NCBI GenBank assembly: GCA_951406725.2
Contig: OX597816.1
Location: 112,716,001-112,780,000, forward strand
Direction of reading: 5' to 3'
DNA from: Octopus vulgaris
Taxonomy: Eukaryota
DNA length: 64,000 bases
The notes under the pieces are model-generated. The model was not told the DNA's origin, did no database searches, and saw only the letters and a list, made by a program, of their open reading frames with translations. Each line of letters starts with the position of its first letter. Position 1 is the first letter of the stretch. Positions 1-12,890 of the stretch are shown piece after piece. The position numbers and the translations under genes are program-made.

Positions 1-2589
1 TATCTTTAGAATAAACACTTAGAGAAATAAGTTACTGTTTCATATTGAGATTTAAAATTACCAAAACATACTATATAGATCAAACTTTGCTTGATAGCAT
101 GTTCAATCAAACTTTACTATTGATAGTTTTTCATTCTCAATCAGCATCACTATCATCATAACATCTCATGCAGACATGCTATCCTGTGTAATCTTGTAAG
201 TGCATAGGTAGCTGCATATTCTCTGCCTTTCCTCATTAATTGATAATAGAAGTGCTAAAAAGTTGTATTCTGAATCAACTACTGGCACAGAAATTTGTTT
301 TTCAATCATGAAGCCCTGGCTTGATCCCACCATGTAACATCTTCAGAAAATATCTTTTACCTTTTGCCAACCTAAGCCAGGTGAGCTAAACTGGATAGAC
401 AGCAATTGATTGAAAGTCCATAACATAGATTGTAACTCTAATTAAAAGGTTACACTGTCACATTGATTCTCCCTGAGAATATATAGATTATGGTTCTTCT
501 TAATATTATGAAATTATGTTGAGAGTATACATATATGTTAAATATTCAGTAAGTTATATATTAATTCAATGATAAAGCCATGCTGTTATTTGAAGAAATT
601 GGAACACCCATTGTCGAAACCAACTAACATCTTTTTACTTACAATTTCATGTATAAAAGCACTACTGTCTATGATTTTTCTATCACAATGAAATTTGCAC
701 AGAAAATACCATTTGTTGGTCTGATAGCTGTAAATACTGAGTTCTGTTATAGAAGCAACCTCAATGGTCATCACTTGATGTGACATTAATGACCTAAATT
801 TAAGCATAGTAAGCACTAATCAGATCTTTATTAATGTGAAAAAGTAGAAAGGAGAGTTTAGTCTCATTAATATCATTCAACAGAAAGGTAGAGAAGATCT
901 TTCAATTATAGATTCAAAAGTGGGTAAATATCAGCTCAACTTTCCTATTCGGATAATCTATGCATGTAAAAAAAAGAAAAAAAAAAAATCAATAAAATAT
1001 CTTTACTTCCTTTGGAAATTAAAGAAACCCAGATTGAGCAATGATGCAATGAAGATCTTATGCCTGGCATGAATGACCTTTTTTTTGAGTCATGGGCTAC
1101 ATGAGACAAGGCTCATCATCAACCAAGCCTCGCTACTAAAAAAAATTCCAGATGATTTTTCATTAATTATGCTATTCATAAAGTCCTGTGGACTGCACGC
1201 AACCCATCAGTCACAGTTTGTCCTTGACTACCTTATACCATTGCAAGATTCAGTTGATTGTTGCAAACTTTATAACTATCTCATTAGTCAACATAAAGGT
1301 TTTTTTTTAAAAACTGTACTCACAAAAGTGATGTTGCATTCATACTAACTATACCGAGCCTGAAAAAGATATGCTAACTATGAATACCTTCTTATCCTCA
1401 ATGCATCGATAATAACAAATTTCTGGGTTTATTGTTTTCAGGGCAGATTCTAGTCCTTAAAGAAATAATCTGCTTCTATGTTAGTGTTGTTTGCATTGTG
1501 AACTTTCAATTTTCAAACAATTGACTCTAATTAATATTTTATATTCTGGTGCCACTTTTTGAAATTTATAACATGTATTGACTCAGCTTCTAATTGCATA
1601 TAAATATACAGCTTCATAGGATGATGAGTCATTTTATTTAATCTTATCTTCTCTGAGAGATCCAAGGTCTTGAAATATAACCTCACCCCTTACGTGATTT
1701 TCTTCTATGGATATTGTCTGCTGATAATATATGTCACCTTTGTGCAACACATGCCTCTATTTGTACATTTGCCTATCTGCAATACATTTAATCCCAAGCC
1801 ACTCTATCAGCTCATTACACACGAAGCTAACTTGCCAGACTTTTAGTATATAATAGTAGTTGTTGCATAAGGTTTGAAATATCAGAATAAAAAGCAAAAG
1901 AAAATACATAAATAATAGATAAATAAATCTATAACTTTAATTTCTCTTTCTTGAACTTTGTATTCCACCTGCTTGTGCATTTCATGAAATTTGAGATGGT
2001 GCCAACATCTTTGAATTCTGTCTATATTAATAATAGTAGATATTGTCATATATTCTACCAGTCTGTTTTTTCCTTGCCCCAAAATTGAATTTTTTTCCTC
2101 TTACACTTGGAAGTTGTATTCTATTATTTGCAGTTCTGTTCATATAAATCATTGTTGCTGTTGTTATTGTTGCTAATACTACTAAGTTTCTTTTTCTTTT
2201 TTCATATTCTTGTTTATCTGACTTCCTTTGAATAACATACCCTATACAGTTTTCTTTACATTTCATGCTTTATTCATTTTTCTATATCACTTTAATGTTT
2301 CCTTCTTATATTAATCTATTATATTTTTTTTTCCTCCTGCTAATTATTTTTTCATGTTATTTGGTATTGCAGTTGTTGTTGTTGTTGTTGTTCATGTTGT
2401 TTGTATGGTAATTTCTCCAGCAGTTTCATTTATTCTCTTGTATTTTATCATCTCCATAACTGAAATCCTACCCATTAGCTTACAAAACTATTTTTCAGTC
2501 TTGATATACTAACAAATTCCAATTTTCTACCAAACCTAAAGAAAATAGTATTGATTATGTAATGAACTGAATCCTGTTTAGCATTGCTG

Positions 2590-2639
2590 CTGTATATGTA
2601 TGTATTTGCGACTACACACTACACAGATACACATACATA

Positions 2640-2697
<58 letters not shown>

Positions 2698-2985
2698 CAT
2701 ATGCATACACATGTGAATGTATGCACAAACATGTGTATTCATATATGCATATACACAAAAATATATATGCATACATACAGATGTAAATACATATATGTGT
2801 ATATGTACATATATAGTATATATATGCGTGTGTGTGCATATTTATGTACATACATATGTATATATGTGTGTCTATATATATATGTATGTATGTATATATG
2901 CATGTATATATATATGTATATATATATTGTACATATATATATTACACATGCACACACACACACATAATCATCATCATCATCAAAT
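2590..2985. repeat. Compound (TG)n/(TA)n/(CA)n/(CAT)n microsatellite
   Basis: Seen directly; explains the overlapping IYIY/VCVC ORFs. Confidence 0.95.
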
Positions 2986-3654
2986 GTGTGTCTTAGATTC
3001 CGACACCATTAAGTCTACTTGCATTTTAGAATAATATGGCAAGGTATGTATTTGAAACATTCCTTACTATTTATCATCCTTAATTTCTCTCTCCCCACCA
3101 CTTTTTTTTTTGTCAGAGATTTTGCAATAAACATCTTTATAGATACATTCACAAATATATCCATACACATATTTACAATCCTACACATACATTCATAAAT
3201 ATATCCATATGTATCCTTACAGTCTTATACATATATGCATGTACATTTAGACATACTTATGTACATAACCATATGCATATACACTAGTATATATATGTGA
3301 AAAAAAAAGAGAGAGATCAAGTGGGTGAATTAACTTCACTATGATTTTGTTTAATGTCAAAGTCTCAAAACAAAAGAACAGAAGGTAAAACTAATATTAT
3401 AGATGCAAGAGGAATAGATAAACAATAAAACACATTTTATGTGTAAGAAATTCTCTAATTTGGACATTGAACAAAATCTAAGTAGTTATAACTGGCTTTT
3501 CTATATTGGTAAATTTTTGGTAAGTCTCTTCATATTGGAAGTAAGATAGTTCCTCAACTCAGACAACCTTCTCAGATCTGTCATTAAGATTCAGTTTTCT
3601 TGGAAAATCTACATCTCCTCTGAGAGAAAGAAAATTGAAAACTGATGCCAATGT

Positions 3655-3791
3655 ACATGCACATACATACACACAAATACATAAATTTATACATATACAC
3701 AGATATATTTATATACGTGTATATATATGTATGTATATATGTATATGTGTGTATGTATATATATATGTATATGTGTGTATGTATATATATA

Positions 3792-3839
<48 letters not shown>

Positions 3840-3870
3840 CTCACTTTCTACATTATGTATACATATACAT
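3655..3870. repeat. Degenerate (TA)n/(TATG)n microsatellite
   Basis: Seen directly. Confidence 0.95.
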
Positions 3871-5150
3871 AATGTCGAAAAAGATTCCAACAGCTTCTCT
3901 TTTTTTTATTGCTAAAATACCCAAAGAAAGACACTTTCTAAGATTTTTTGTTTTCTCTTTCTTTTTCTTTCCTTTTCCTTTTTCTAAAAAGAATATTTCT
4001 GACGTTATTTTTAAAAATAGTTTTGAAACTGATTTTTGTTCAATAGATCTTGTGCCTGTCTTTGAATATGTTGAATTATATTTTTATTTAATGCTTACTG
4101 TCTGTACACTAAAATTTATAGCATCCAGATTTATACAATTGTTGTTTTGTTTTTCCCCATGTGTGAACGCATATTTCTTTAAATTTATATATCTGGGTAA
4201 TTTTGCTTATTTCTATGTATGTGTTTGATTATGCCTAGGTGTTTGTGTGTGTGTGTGTGTAGCTGAATTTTAATTTGTAAAGACATATCTTGCTACTAGT
4301 AATACTGATGCTTTTGATAGAGAACTGTTACTCACCAAAGTTTGTTGTCAGTTTCATTTAACAATTTCCTCCCATAATTCATATGTTTTTTTACGTCCTT
4401 GACTATGCTAAACTTTAGAAACTGTCCATACTCCTGGAGTAAATATTGAAATTATTGTCCATCCAAGATGGTCAAGTATTCACTCTTAAAGGTTTTTGAC
4501 TTTTTCTAGAAATGAAGTTAAAACTAAATGGAAATGTTACCTCATGATTTACTGAATGCACTTTTATTACAACCAATAACTTACAAATATTTTGTAAGGA
4601 AGCCATGCTTCTATATCAGAAAGATTATCAATCAATCCACTTATGTGTAGCTAACATTATGTTAAAGGATTTTAGAATCTGGTTTTCCCTCTCAAACATT
4701 AACATTTTATATTTATGATTTAGAAAATATCTGCCAGATCCATAACTGAGATGGTCTTCTTTTGTATGTAAGGGAGGGAAATTCATCAATTTAATGCTTC
4801 CATTGTTACTATTTAGAAAAATATTTTCTTGTTAGATATTAGGTACATTCATGGCTGTGTAGTATTTTGGGGAATTGACTTCTACTGTAGCTGCAATATA
4901 AGTCTCACCTTATGAGTGAAATTTTGTAGAAGGAAGCTGTGCAGAAGCAGTAAAGTTTTTATGAATGTATATTTCCTTGTTTAAGCTTGTGTATTAGAAA
5001 TATCACCACTTGATTTTTAAAGTCAGTATTGTATTGAACAAGTAACTTACCCACTCAATCAAATATAGATGAATAAAATAAGTATCAGTTGGAAGTAAGT
5101 ACTATGATCAATATCATTGACCAAACTCTATTCTCGCTGTAGGTAGTGCC

Positions 5151-5411
5151 TTGTTGTTTGTCCCTTCTCAAGCCATGCCTGACTCATAAGGGCCGGTTTC
5201 CTTGGTGTATAGGTTCCTCACCTGAACGGGACACTGGTCCGTCACAGGTGAGCTGCAAGATGCAGGAGGAAAGAGTGAGAGAAAGTTGTGGCGAAATAGT
5301 CAGCAGAAGTTTGCCATTACCTTCTGCCGGAGCCACGTGGAGCTTAGGTGTTTCGCTCATAAACACACACATCGCCCGGTCTGAGATTCGAACTCGTGAT
5401 CCCTCAACCGC
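5151..5411 (-). mobile_element. 5'-truncated tRNA-derived SINE
   Basis: Minus strand reads GGGATCACGAGTTCGAATCTCAGACCGGGC (pol III B box), followed by a GC-rich body and an (AAC)-type tail; GC/CpG-rich against an AT-rich background. Confidence 0.75.
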
Positions 5412-6099
5412 CTCCACAGGTAGTGCCTTGGTATGGATACAACCCAATAACTGACAGTAAAAGCAAAATAAAGCAAGGAAATTGTATTGGGAGCCTAATA
5501 TTCAATTCAAAGGGGAACACTGTTGTTGTTTAGCTCTAGGACTGAGTTGTGCAATGTGTCTTTGCTATTAAAGAAGGCAGGGGTCAGTTTGAGGGAACTT
5601 TGACTTCTAATTCTAGTAAGTGAAGTTATTCTGTAGAAGTTTCCTTACTGGCTTGTAAACCATTTTACTGATTATGCAGGTTCAAAAACTATGAAGCTGT
5701 TTCTATGTGACATTTATCTCATATGGACACAACACAGGCAAGACCAAATGGTTAAGAAGTTCTTTTCATAATGATAATGTTCCAACTTTGATCCCACAAC
5801 ATGACAACTTGGGGGAAATGTCTTTTACTATAGCATCTAAGTTTTGTGAGTGAAACTAGGGGAACAGAAATGGTGTAGAACCCTATTGGATGCACTGTAC
5901 TTGTAATACATGTAATTCAAAGGTCCACCTTTGTTTGTGTGTCACACTGATTTGGATGTTAATTGTGTAAGTATTTGTGGAATACTCATTCACTTACACT
6001 ATGACTCAATGAGTTCACTTGATTGAACCACTGAATATTCCTTATCTCAACTACAAAAGTCTGTATACATATGTTGGCTACAGCATGTACAGGGTTTGT

Positions 6100-6328
6100 A
6101 GTTCTGTAAGCAGCATAGTGACCTCAGTAATGCAGGTGGCATGAAAAAAAAAAAGCACCCAGTCAGTGGTTGGCATCAGGAAGAGCATCCAGCCAAGGAA
6201 ACCATGCCAAAATAGACAATGAAGCACAATGTAGTCTTTGGACACATTGAATCCTGTCTCAAATCGTCCAACCCATTCAAGCATAGAACACAGATGTTAA
6301 ATCGTGATGATGAGGATGATGATGATGC
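6100..6328 (+). mobile_element. RTE-LINE 3' end / RTE-tailed SINE fragment
   Basis: GGAAGAGCATCCAGCC...AATCGTCCAACCCA...GTTAAA followed by a (GAT)n tail; same sequence as the 3'UTR of the RTE at 37894-38070. Confidence 0.75.
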
Positions 6329-6459
6329 AGTAACAGCACAATTCTCTGTTGTGAGACAGGGCTGATAGTATGTAATTTACTGGAAAAGTCCATGAAAATG
6401 AGCTTTTAGCATGGTGAAACTAATGGTAAAAACTATTTACAAAACATATTTGTTGCTGC

Positions 6460-6690
6460 TGTTGTTGTTTAGCCTCCAGGTCAACTGCTATCCAGCAGAG
6501 CTGTGATTGAAGTAAGTTGTGTCACGATCATTTCTGTCATTTTTTTCAGACATCATCGCTTCTATAACTACTTTATATAATGTGACTCTCTCTCTCTCTT
6601 TCACAGTTTTAAGATGGTAGACTATGATGGGAAGGGGATTTGGTTGTTATTTCTAACAGATTAAGCAACCTCTTAGAGATTTGCTCAAAT
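6460..6690 (+). mobile_element. Old dispersed repeat family (consensus-like TTGTTTAGCC..CAGGTCA...AAGATGGTAG..TGTGATTTGAGGGAGATTTGG.TG.TATTTCTA)
   Basis: Degenerate copies recur at about 5520, 7635, 13240(-), 15265, 30580, 43430(-), 45710, 46255, 49560, 56330(-), 56550 and 62070. Confidence 0.6.
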
Positions 6691-7969
6691 GCTTGCCAGA
6701 GAAGTCTAAAGGTCAGGTGATGTCACTCGAAGTCAAACGAAAACACATTTAGCCAATATAAAAATACCATGAAATTTAAAAGAAAAGTAGTAATTTAATA
6801 AAGATATAAAAAAAACATAGCTAGGAGAATATGAAAAAAAACTAGATTACAAAAGAGTAAAGGATAAAAAAGGGTGTGGGAGAAAAGAAGATATAAATAG
6901 GAGTTTAAAGACGAAGATAGTGTGTGATAGAAGAAATGCTGCTCTTACTGAAGGTAGTGGATTGGAATGTGTGAAGTATGTCCTGACATAGTGATAAGAT
7001 GGCTGAATGTTGGAAGAGCAAAGTTGGCAAGATTTTATGAGTGTATATAATAGTATGATAAAAGTGTTTTTATCTATTATTGGAATTTAGTAAAATAAAA
7101 GCATGAAAAAAAAAAGCAACTATTTTCCAGCTAACATTTTGTTGGTTGTTATTTCAATACAGTAAAATGAACTGTCTAAAAAATAAATAGAAAACTAAAT
7201 TAATGGACTTAGGTGTTTTGTTGGCATATTTTCTCTGAAAATTTCTTTTCATGTCACCTCTTATAAATTTTTGATACCAAACAAAATCTGACATAGACTT
7301 TAACAACTCTTCTAAAGAATAGGAAATGAAAATTTTTGTAAATCAGCAGAAAGGATAAACAAAGAAATAAAGATGAAAAATCCATAAATTAATGAAATAA
7401 ATTATCTTTTTAATATCTGCTTTATTTTAGCAATGCTGAAATTATGTGGTTAAGATTAAACTACAATGGCTTGAACAAAGATAATTGCTCCTTGCATCAT
7501 ATACCTAAATCTTGTCTTTTACTTATGCCTTTCATCTTGTCTTTATCTTACACATTAGGAAATAAATAGCACATCATATGATGAAGGAACTAATCAAAGC
7601 ATTTGATAAAATTACAAATGAATAACACTTATATATGTTGTTGTTCTTTTGCCCCAAGTCAGCCTTGATTGAGCAGAATTATGATCATCATTTTTACTTT
7701 TATTTTTCCATACTTGGTATGTCTAGGCTGACATTTTCAAATGTGCCTTATTCTTCCTTAAGATGGTAAGGTGTGATTTGAGGGGAGATTTGACTGGTAT
7801 TTCTGAAAACCTCTTAGAGATTTCTCTCATTCATTAGTTTTAAGACTCTGTTCATAGGACCTGCGTCGTGTTAAACGTAACAGTGGTCACAAATTTGAGA
7901 TGTAATTAGACAGTGTTAGCATCTGTTCAGAGTGTTTCTCTTAAATGCCATTCAGTTAAATTTGCATTT

Positions 7970-8235
7970 TTACTATGTGGGGACTAGCATGCAAAATAAT
8001 ATACCCAGCATTTCCTCTGCATGTCATAAAAAGCAACTAAAAGAGACTGAGGTAGGAGTTGCACTCTGAACTTGTAAAACCCTAATTAGCAACGACTGCC
8101 CTAAATAGACCCATGGGTTGGAGGGTTGTTACTTGAGTGGTACAAGGGTGTCATACACCAGGAATAGGGACTCGCCAATAAATGACGGATGCAGTACTGC
8201 ACCATTATAGCATGTCCTGATACTATTATTACTGT
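7970..8235 (+). mobile_element. Degenerate SINE-like element
   Basis: CCTCTGCATGTCATAAAAAGCAACTAAAAG resembles the CCCTTGCGTGTCGTAAGAGGCGACTAAA motif I recall from invertebrate SINEs; ends in a (TAT/TAC)n tail. Confidence 0.4.
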
Positions 8236-9149
8236 TGCTCTTAACACAGCCTTTGGATTAAACTTTGATTATTGTATTGCTATAATATTTGTTTTATCAT
8301 AAAATTATTTAACTCTTATAAAATGATGGAATGTGAGGTTTTTATGAGGATTTCTCACTACTTTTTCCCTTCAAACTATAATAATTTGCAATTCATGCTC
8401 TTTTACAATTTCGTGATATCATTCAGATAAAGGGATGTAAAACAAAACGAAGCAAACTTCAGTTTTCACTGAAGAACCTTTTATGAGGATTGACTTTTAA
8501 ATATATTTTAATTTAAATTAGCTTTATAAAGATTAATTGATTCTGTAATGAGGAAAATATAAATATTGTTAATATAGTTGTTTGTTTTTTTTTTTTTCCT
8601 TCTTCTATTATATATTTTATTTTACATTGATGGAGTAAATAAATTAACACTCAAATAAAAAATTATAAACAGATTTAAATGAAAGGTATGTTATTTTCAT
8701 TGCAGCTGGATTAGAAAAGATAGAAGTGTATGCACACTAGGTGGTGTTTAAAGAACCAGGTTTTAAATAGCAAATGTTTAATGCCGCAAGTTATCAGTGG
8801 TTTTCTGAATAAAATGTGCATGAGGATTGAAAATATTTCATGTCATTAATGAAAATGGAAAATATTTCTACATCATTTTAATTTTTTGTTTTGTTTCTTC
8901 AGAGTTGCAGCGAAAAGAACAAAAAAAAACATAATAGTTACAAACACTGAAATATAAATCATAGCATTAACTAACTGTGAGCATTCCATTATGATTACAA
9001 CTATTGTTAACCTTCTCGTTCCAAATCAAAAGCCTCTGAAATTTACCAAATTCTAATGTTACAGTCTAATAAACTTGTCATTAACATAATTATTTACAAT
9101 TATTTGCTAAAATTTTCTTGAAATGAAATCTTATAAATCAGAAATATAT

Positions 9150-9337
9150 TCTTTCCTCTACAGGCACAAGGCCTGAACTTTGAGAGTAGGGAACTAGTTG
9201 ATTACTACTCAGCTGGTAACTATTTTATCAATTCTAGAAGGATGAAAGACAAAGTCAACTCAGGATGTAAAGTGAGAAGAAATGCTGCTAGACATTTTGT
9301 CTGGTGGGCTTAACGATTGTCCTAGCTTGCTGCCTTC
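9150..9337 (-). mobile_element. tRNA-SINE family B (Meta-domain-like), degenerate
   Basis: Reverse complement of the 44024-44228 family. Confidence 0.7.
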
Positions 9338-9459
9338 ATAAATTAAAAATATATTAATTGTACACAGCATGAATTAAGGTTTGTTATATAAATGCAAGGA
9401 TAGAAAATTGATGAAATTAGTTGAGAAATGGACAAAATTCTTCACATTATTTAGTTTCT

Positions 9460-9905
9460 TACCTTTTCTACTCTAGGCACTGGTCCTGAAATTTTGGGGG
9501 AGGGGACCAGTCAATAAGATTGACTCCAGTATGCAACTTGTACTTAATTTATCAACCACCTTTACATTCTAAATTCTAACCTTTACATTCTAAATTCAAA
9601 TTCCACCAAGATCAACTTTGCCTTTCTTCATTCCAGGGTTAATAAAATAAGCACTAGTTAAGTACTGGGGCCAATGTAATCAACTGCTCCCTCCTTAAAA
9701 AATTTCTGGCCAGGTGCTGGTGCCATATAAATGTACTCCTGCTGGTGCACCCAATACACTCTGTAGAGTAGTTGACATTAGGAAGGGCATCCAGCTGTAG
9801 AAACCATGCTAGAACAGACAATGGAGCCTGGTGCAACCCCCACCCTTACCAGCTCTGGTCAAACCATTCAGCCCATGCTGGAATGGAAAATGGATGTTAA
9901 ATAAT
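9460..9905. mobile_element. Cluster: minus-strand family B SINE tail, plus-strand family B SINE, RTE 3' fragment
   Basis: AATAAAATAAGCACTAGTT / ACTTAATTTATCAACC motifs in opposite orientation, then GGAAGGGCATCCAGCTGTAGAAACC. Confidence 0.7.
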
Positions 9906-10700
9906 GACAATGTGTCAAAGATGAAAATCATAGCACAAATGCAAAACATTAGCTAAATGTTTACTTTAGGAAACAAGCAAAAACAACTTGAACATAGAAG
10001 TAGTACAAATGATACTTATTTCTTTTATTTATATATATATGTGTGTGTGTGAATACGTGCTCCTTTATTATTTTGTTTGTATCTTCCATTACACATGCAC
10101 CTTGTGTATGTGTGTGGGGGTATGTGCATTAAAAGAAGCAGGATTCAACTCTAATTTAAAATTCTTCAATTATTATGAACACATTAATAATAATAACAAG
10201 CTTTCCTAATAAAAAAAAACTAATAATAAATTTAACAGTAAAAATATGTATATAATAATAAAAGACAATATAACAAGCTAAATAAAGATAAAAATAATAT
10301 AGTTGTTAATAATGATTACAATAATAGCAATAGTAAGAAACATAGTAAAGTATACATAAAGTTATATAATATGCCAAAAATGACACCCAACCACAGAATA
10401 CAGCTTTTAGGGGGCTTGTTCAATGCTCGCCATCTTCAAAAATGCAGGTGTAAAACTGATAGGGATTGTCAGTGTCATTAAAGCATTAGAATTAGTGCTA
10501 CCTAAAGACTTAGGCACATGGAATCAGCGCTACCTAAAGATTTGGGCACATGTGAGGTCATTGGACCTCACATGCTTAAAGACCCATTTCTGATCTATGT
10601 ATGTTGTAGCTTACTGTCAATAACTATATACTATAAAGTATGTTAAATGTTTTTCTAAGCCAATACCATGTCCTACTTTGTTAGCAGTGCACTTTACATC

Positions 10701-10844
10701 ACTTGTTAAGGTTATTTCTGCAGATATTCTATAGAAATTATAGCCAGCCCTGATTTTTGTTATGATGTTTCATATCCCAGACATCAGCAAATCAAAGCTG
10801 GCTATAGCACCTATAGAATATCTGTAAAGATAACCGTAACAAGT
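10701..10844. repeat. Long imperfect inverted repeat (hairpin; MITE-like or pre-miRNA-like)
   Basis: Left arm ACTTGTTAAGGTTATTTCTGCAGATATTCTATAGAAATTATAGCCAGCCCTGATTT pairs with right arm AAATCAAAGCTGGCTATAGCACCTATAGAATATCTGTAAAGATAACCGTAACAAGT; inner TGATGTTT/AGACATCA stem. Confidence 0.9.
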
Positions 10845-12001
10845 TTTGTGGCTCCATTGTGATGTTTTGTCCATTACAATGCAGCTAAGATACCCTTGAA
10901 TGGAATCCCTTTTTTTTTTAAATACTTTTCATTCACTCCTGATATAAGATTGATTTTAACAAATTGTGCACTTCCTTAATTTTTCAAAGCTTAGTATGTG
11001 ATGGTGTACTAACAGAGGTAACAAGGAAAATAACTTTGTTAGAAGCTTTCTATAAAATGTTATACTACTACAAATTTCTAGTTCCTGGTCCATGACTTAA
11101 TGATTTTTCGTGTATTATTATCTTGTAGTATTGGTAAATTGATTTCGTTTTTAGTTAGTCTCATCTTATTTGATTGCAATTTTGTTTTCCTTCAGACTTT
11201 GGTGAATTGAATCAATTTTGAATTGATCTTTATGATGGCAAACAGAATCAGCTATTCTAGCTCTTAGAATTCATGTCAGTTGCATATGCTCTATTATTTT
11301 TTCTCCAAACCAAGCATTTTAAATGAAATTTTCTTCAGACATCATATTGAAAGATAACAATTGCAATAACTATAACATCCAGTCTATGTAAGATAACATT
11401 CTACAGTTAAATAACTATACTGACTGACATAAAAATGAATTAAAATAAATGTAATACATTTATGTTTCGGTTTATCAAAGAAGTTAAAATAATATTGGTT
11501 TCTTCTAAAACGAGCTGAAACTATATTAAAAGATAAGAATCACGAAATGTTTCTATATTGTTTTATAATGTAAAATTAGATATTTTATCACCTCTATGCA
11601 AATAATTTACTATTTAGTACAAGTGTTAATTATTAATTTTAATAATTTCTTTTTTAAAATTTGCTTTGTAACTGAAACGGTGTTAATATCATTCATCACT
11701 GTTTTTCTTAAGCTCAGGATAAATATGTACTAAACAGTGAGATAAATGTATGTAAACACCTGATGATCTGGTTTGATTTATGGTCATGTCATTTGATGTA
11801 TTAGTTGAGGTAAATTTATTGACATGTATGATGATAACTAAATAAAGGCGAAAGGAAAGGAATTTATTGATATAAAAAAATAGAAAAAATCTTATTGACC
11901 ACAAATGGAAATATGACAAGAGAAATAGTATTCTTTAACATGGCAACTCTTACATATTCACATCAATCTATCTACCTCTTCCCCCTCTCTCTCTCTTTCT
12001 C

Positions 12002-12047
<46 letters not shown>

Positions 12048-12769
12048 TCAAAGTGAATTATAGATACATTTCAGCCAATCTTACCGGTTTCACACTGGAT
12101 ATTAGATATCCAAATATGATAATGGCATAGTTAAGTAACATTGCATGCCCTTCAAGGATGGTAGGTGTATGTGTATTGTAACCTTATGATAAAATAGTGC
12201 TTTTATATTATTCCTTTATTATATAATACCTTTAGTAAATACATCTATTTCAAATCACTCCACTGGTGAAGTGCTTGCACTTCAAGATTTAACACTAGTT
12301 TTTTTTTTTTCTTCACAATGCTATGCTTTTTCTAAGCTGCCACAACTACCTATCACTTGCCTCAATATTAAGTTTCATGTATTTTCTAAGAATTTCACAT
12401 GCAGATTTCAACTCAAGACTACATACATTATCATCACTAGACCTCTACTGATAATTCCATGTATACACAATTTCTTTGGTTGTTTCTTGTCTGACTTCCA
12501 TGTGTTTATACTCCCCACTGCAAAGTCACGTTTTAAAGAAAATCTGTTGTAATTTAGACATTGATTTGCATATGTCAGAAACTTCTTTTTGTATGTAAAT
12601 TTTATAAACACAGGTACCAAGATGCCTTGTTCTAATTTATCTGTTAAATGTAATTCCTCTGTCACTTAAATTTACATCTCTTGTTTAGACTTCTCTGTCA
12701 CTTGGTATTAGTTTGAATTTCAATGATTGCAAACTTTTATGAAAATGAAGTCTTTTGGCTTGCTGGGTC

Positions 12770-12890
12770 TTCTCAAGCACAGATTAAGATTGGAGCCTGG
12801 TGCAGCCATCTGGTTCACCAGCCCTCAGTCAAATCGTCCAACCCATGCTAGCATAGAAAGCAGATGTTAAACGATGATGATGATGATGAA
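12770..12890 (+). mobile_element. RTE 3' terminal fragment with (GAT)n tail
   Basis: GGAGCCTGGTGCAGCC...AAATCGTCCAACCCATGCTAGCAT...GTTAAACGATGATGATG. Confidence 0.8.

Noticed and set aside
2578-4228. Many overlapping 60-197 aa ORFs rich in I/Y/M/C/H/T
   Set aside because: Translations of TA/TG/CA microsatellites, which lack stop codons; the same applies at 36347-36750, 52048-52308 and similar loci
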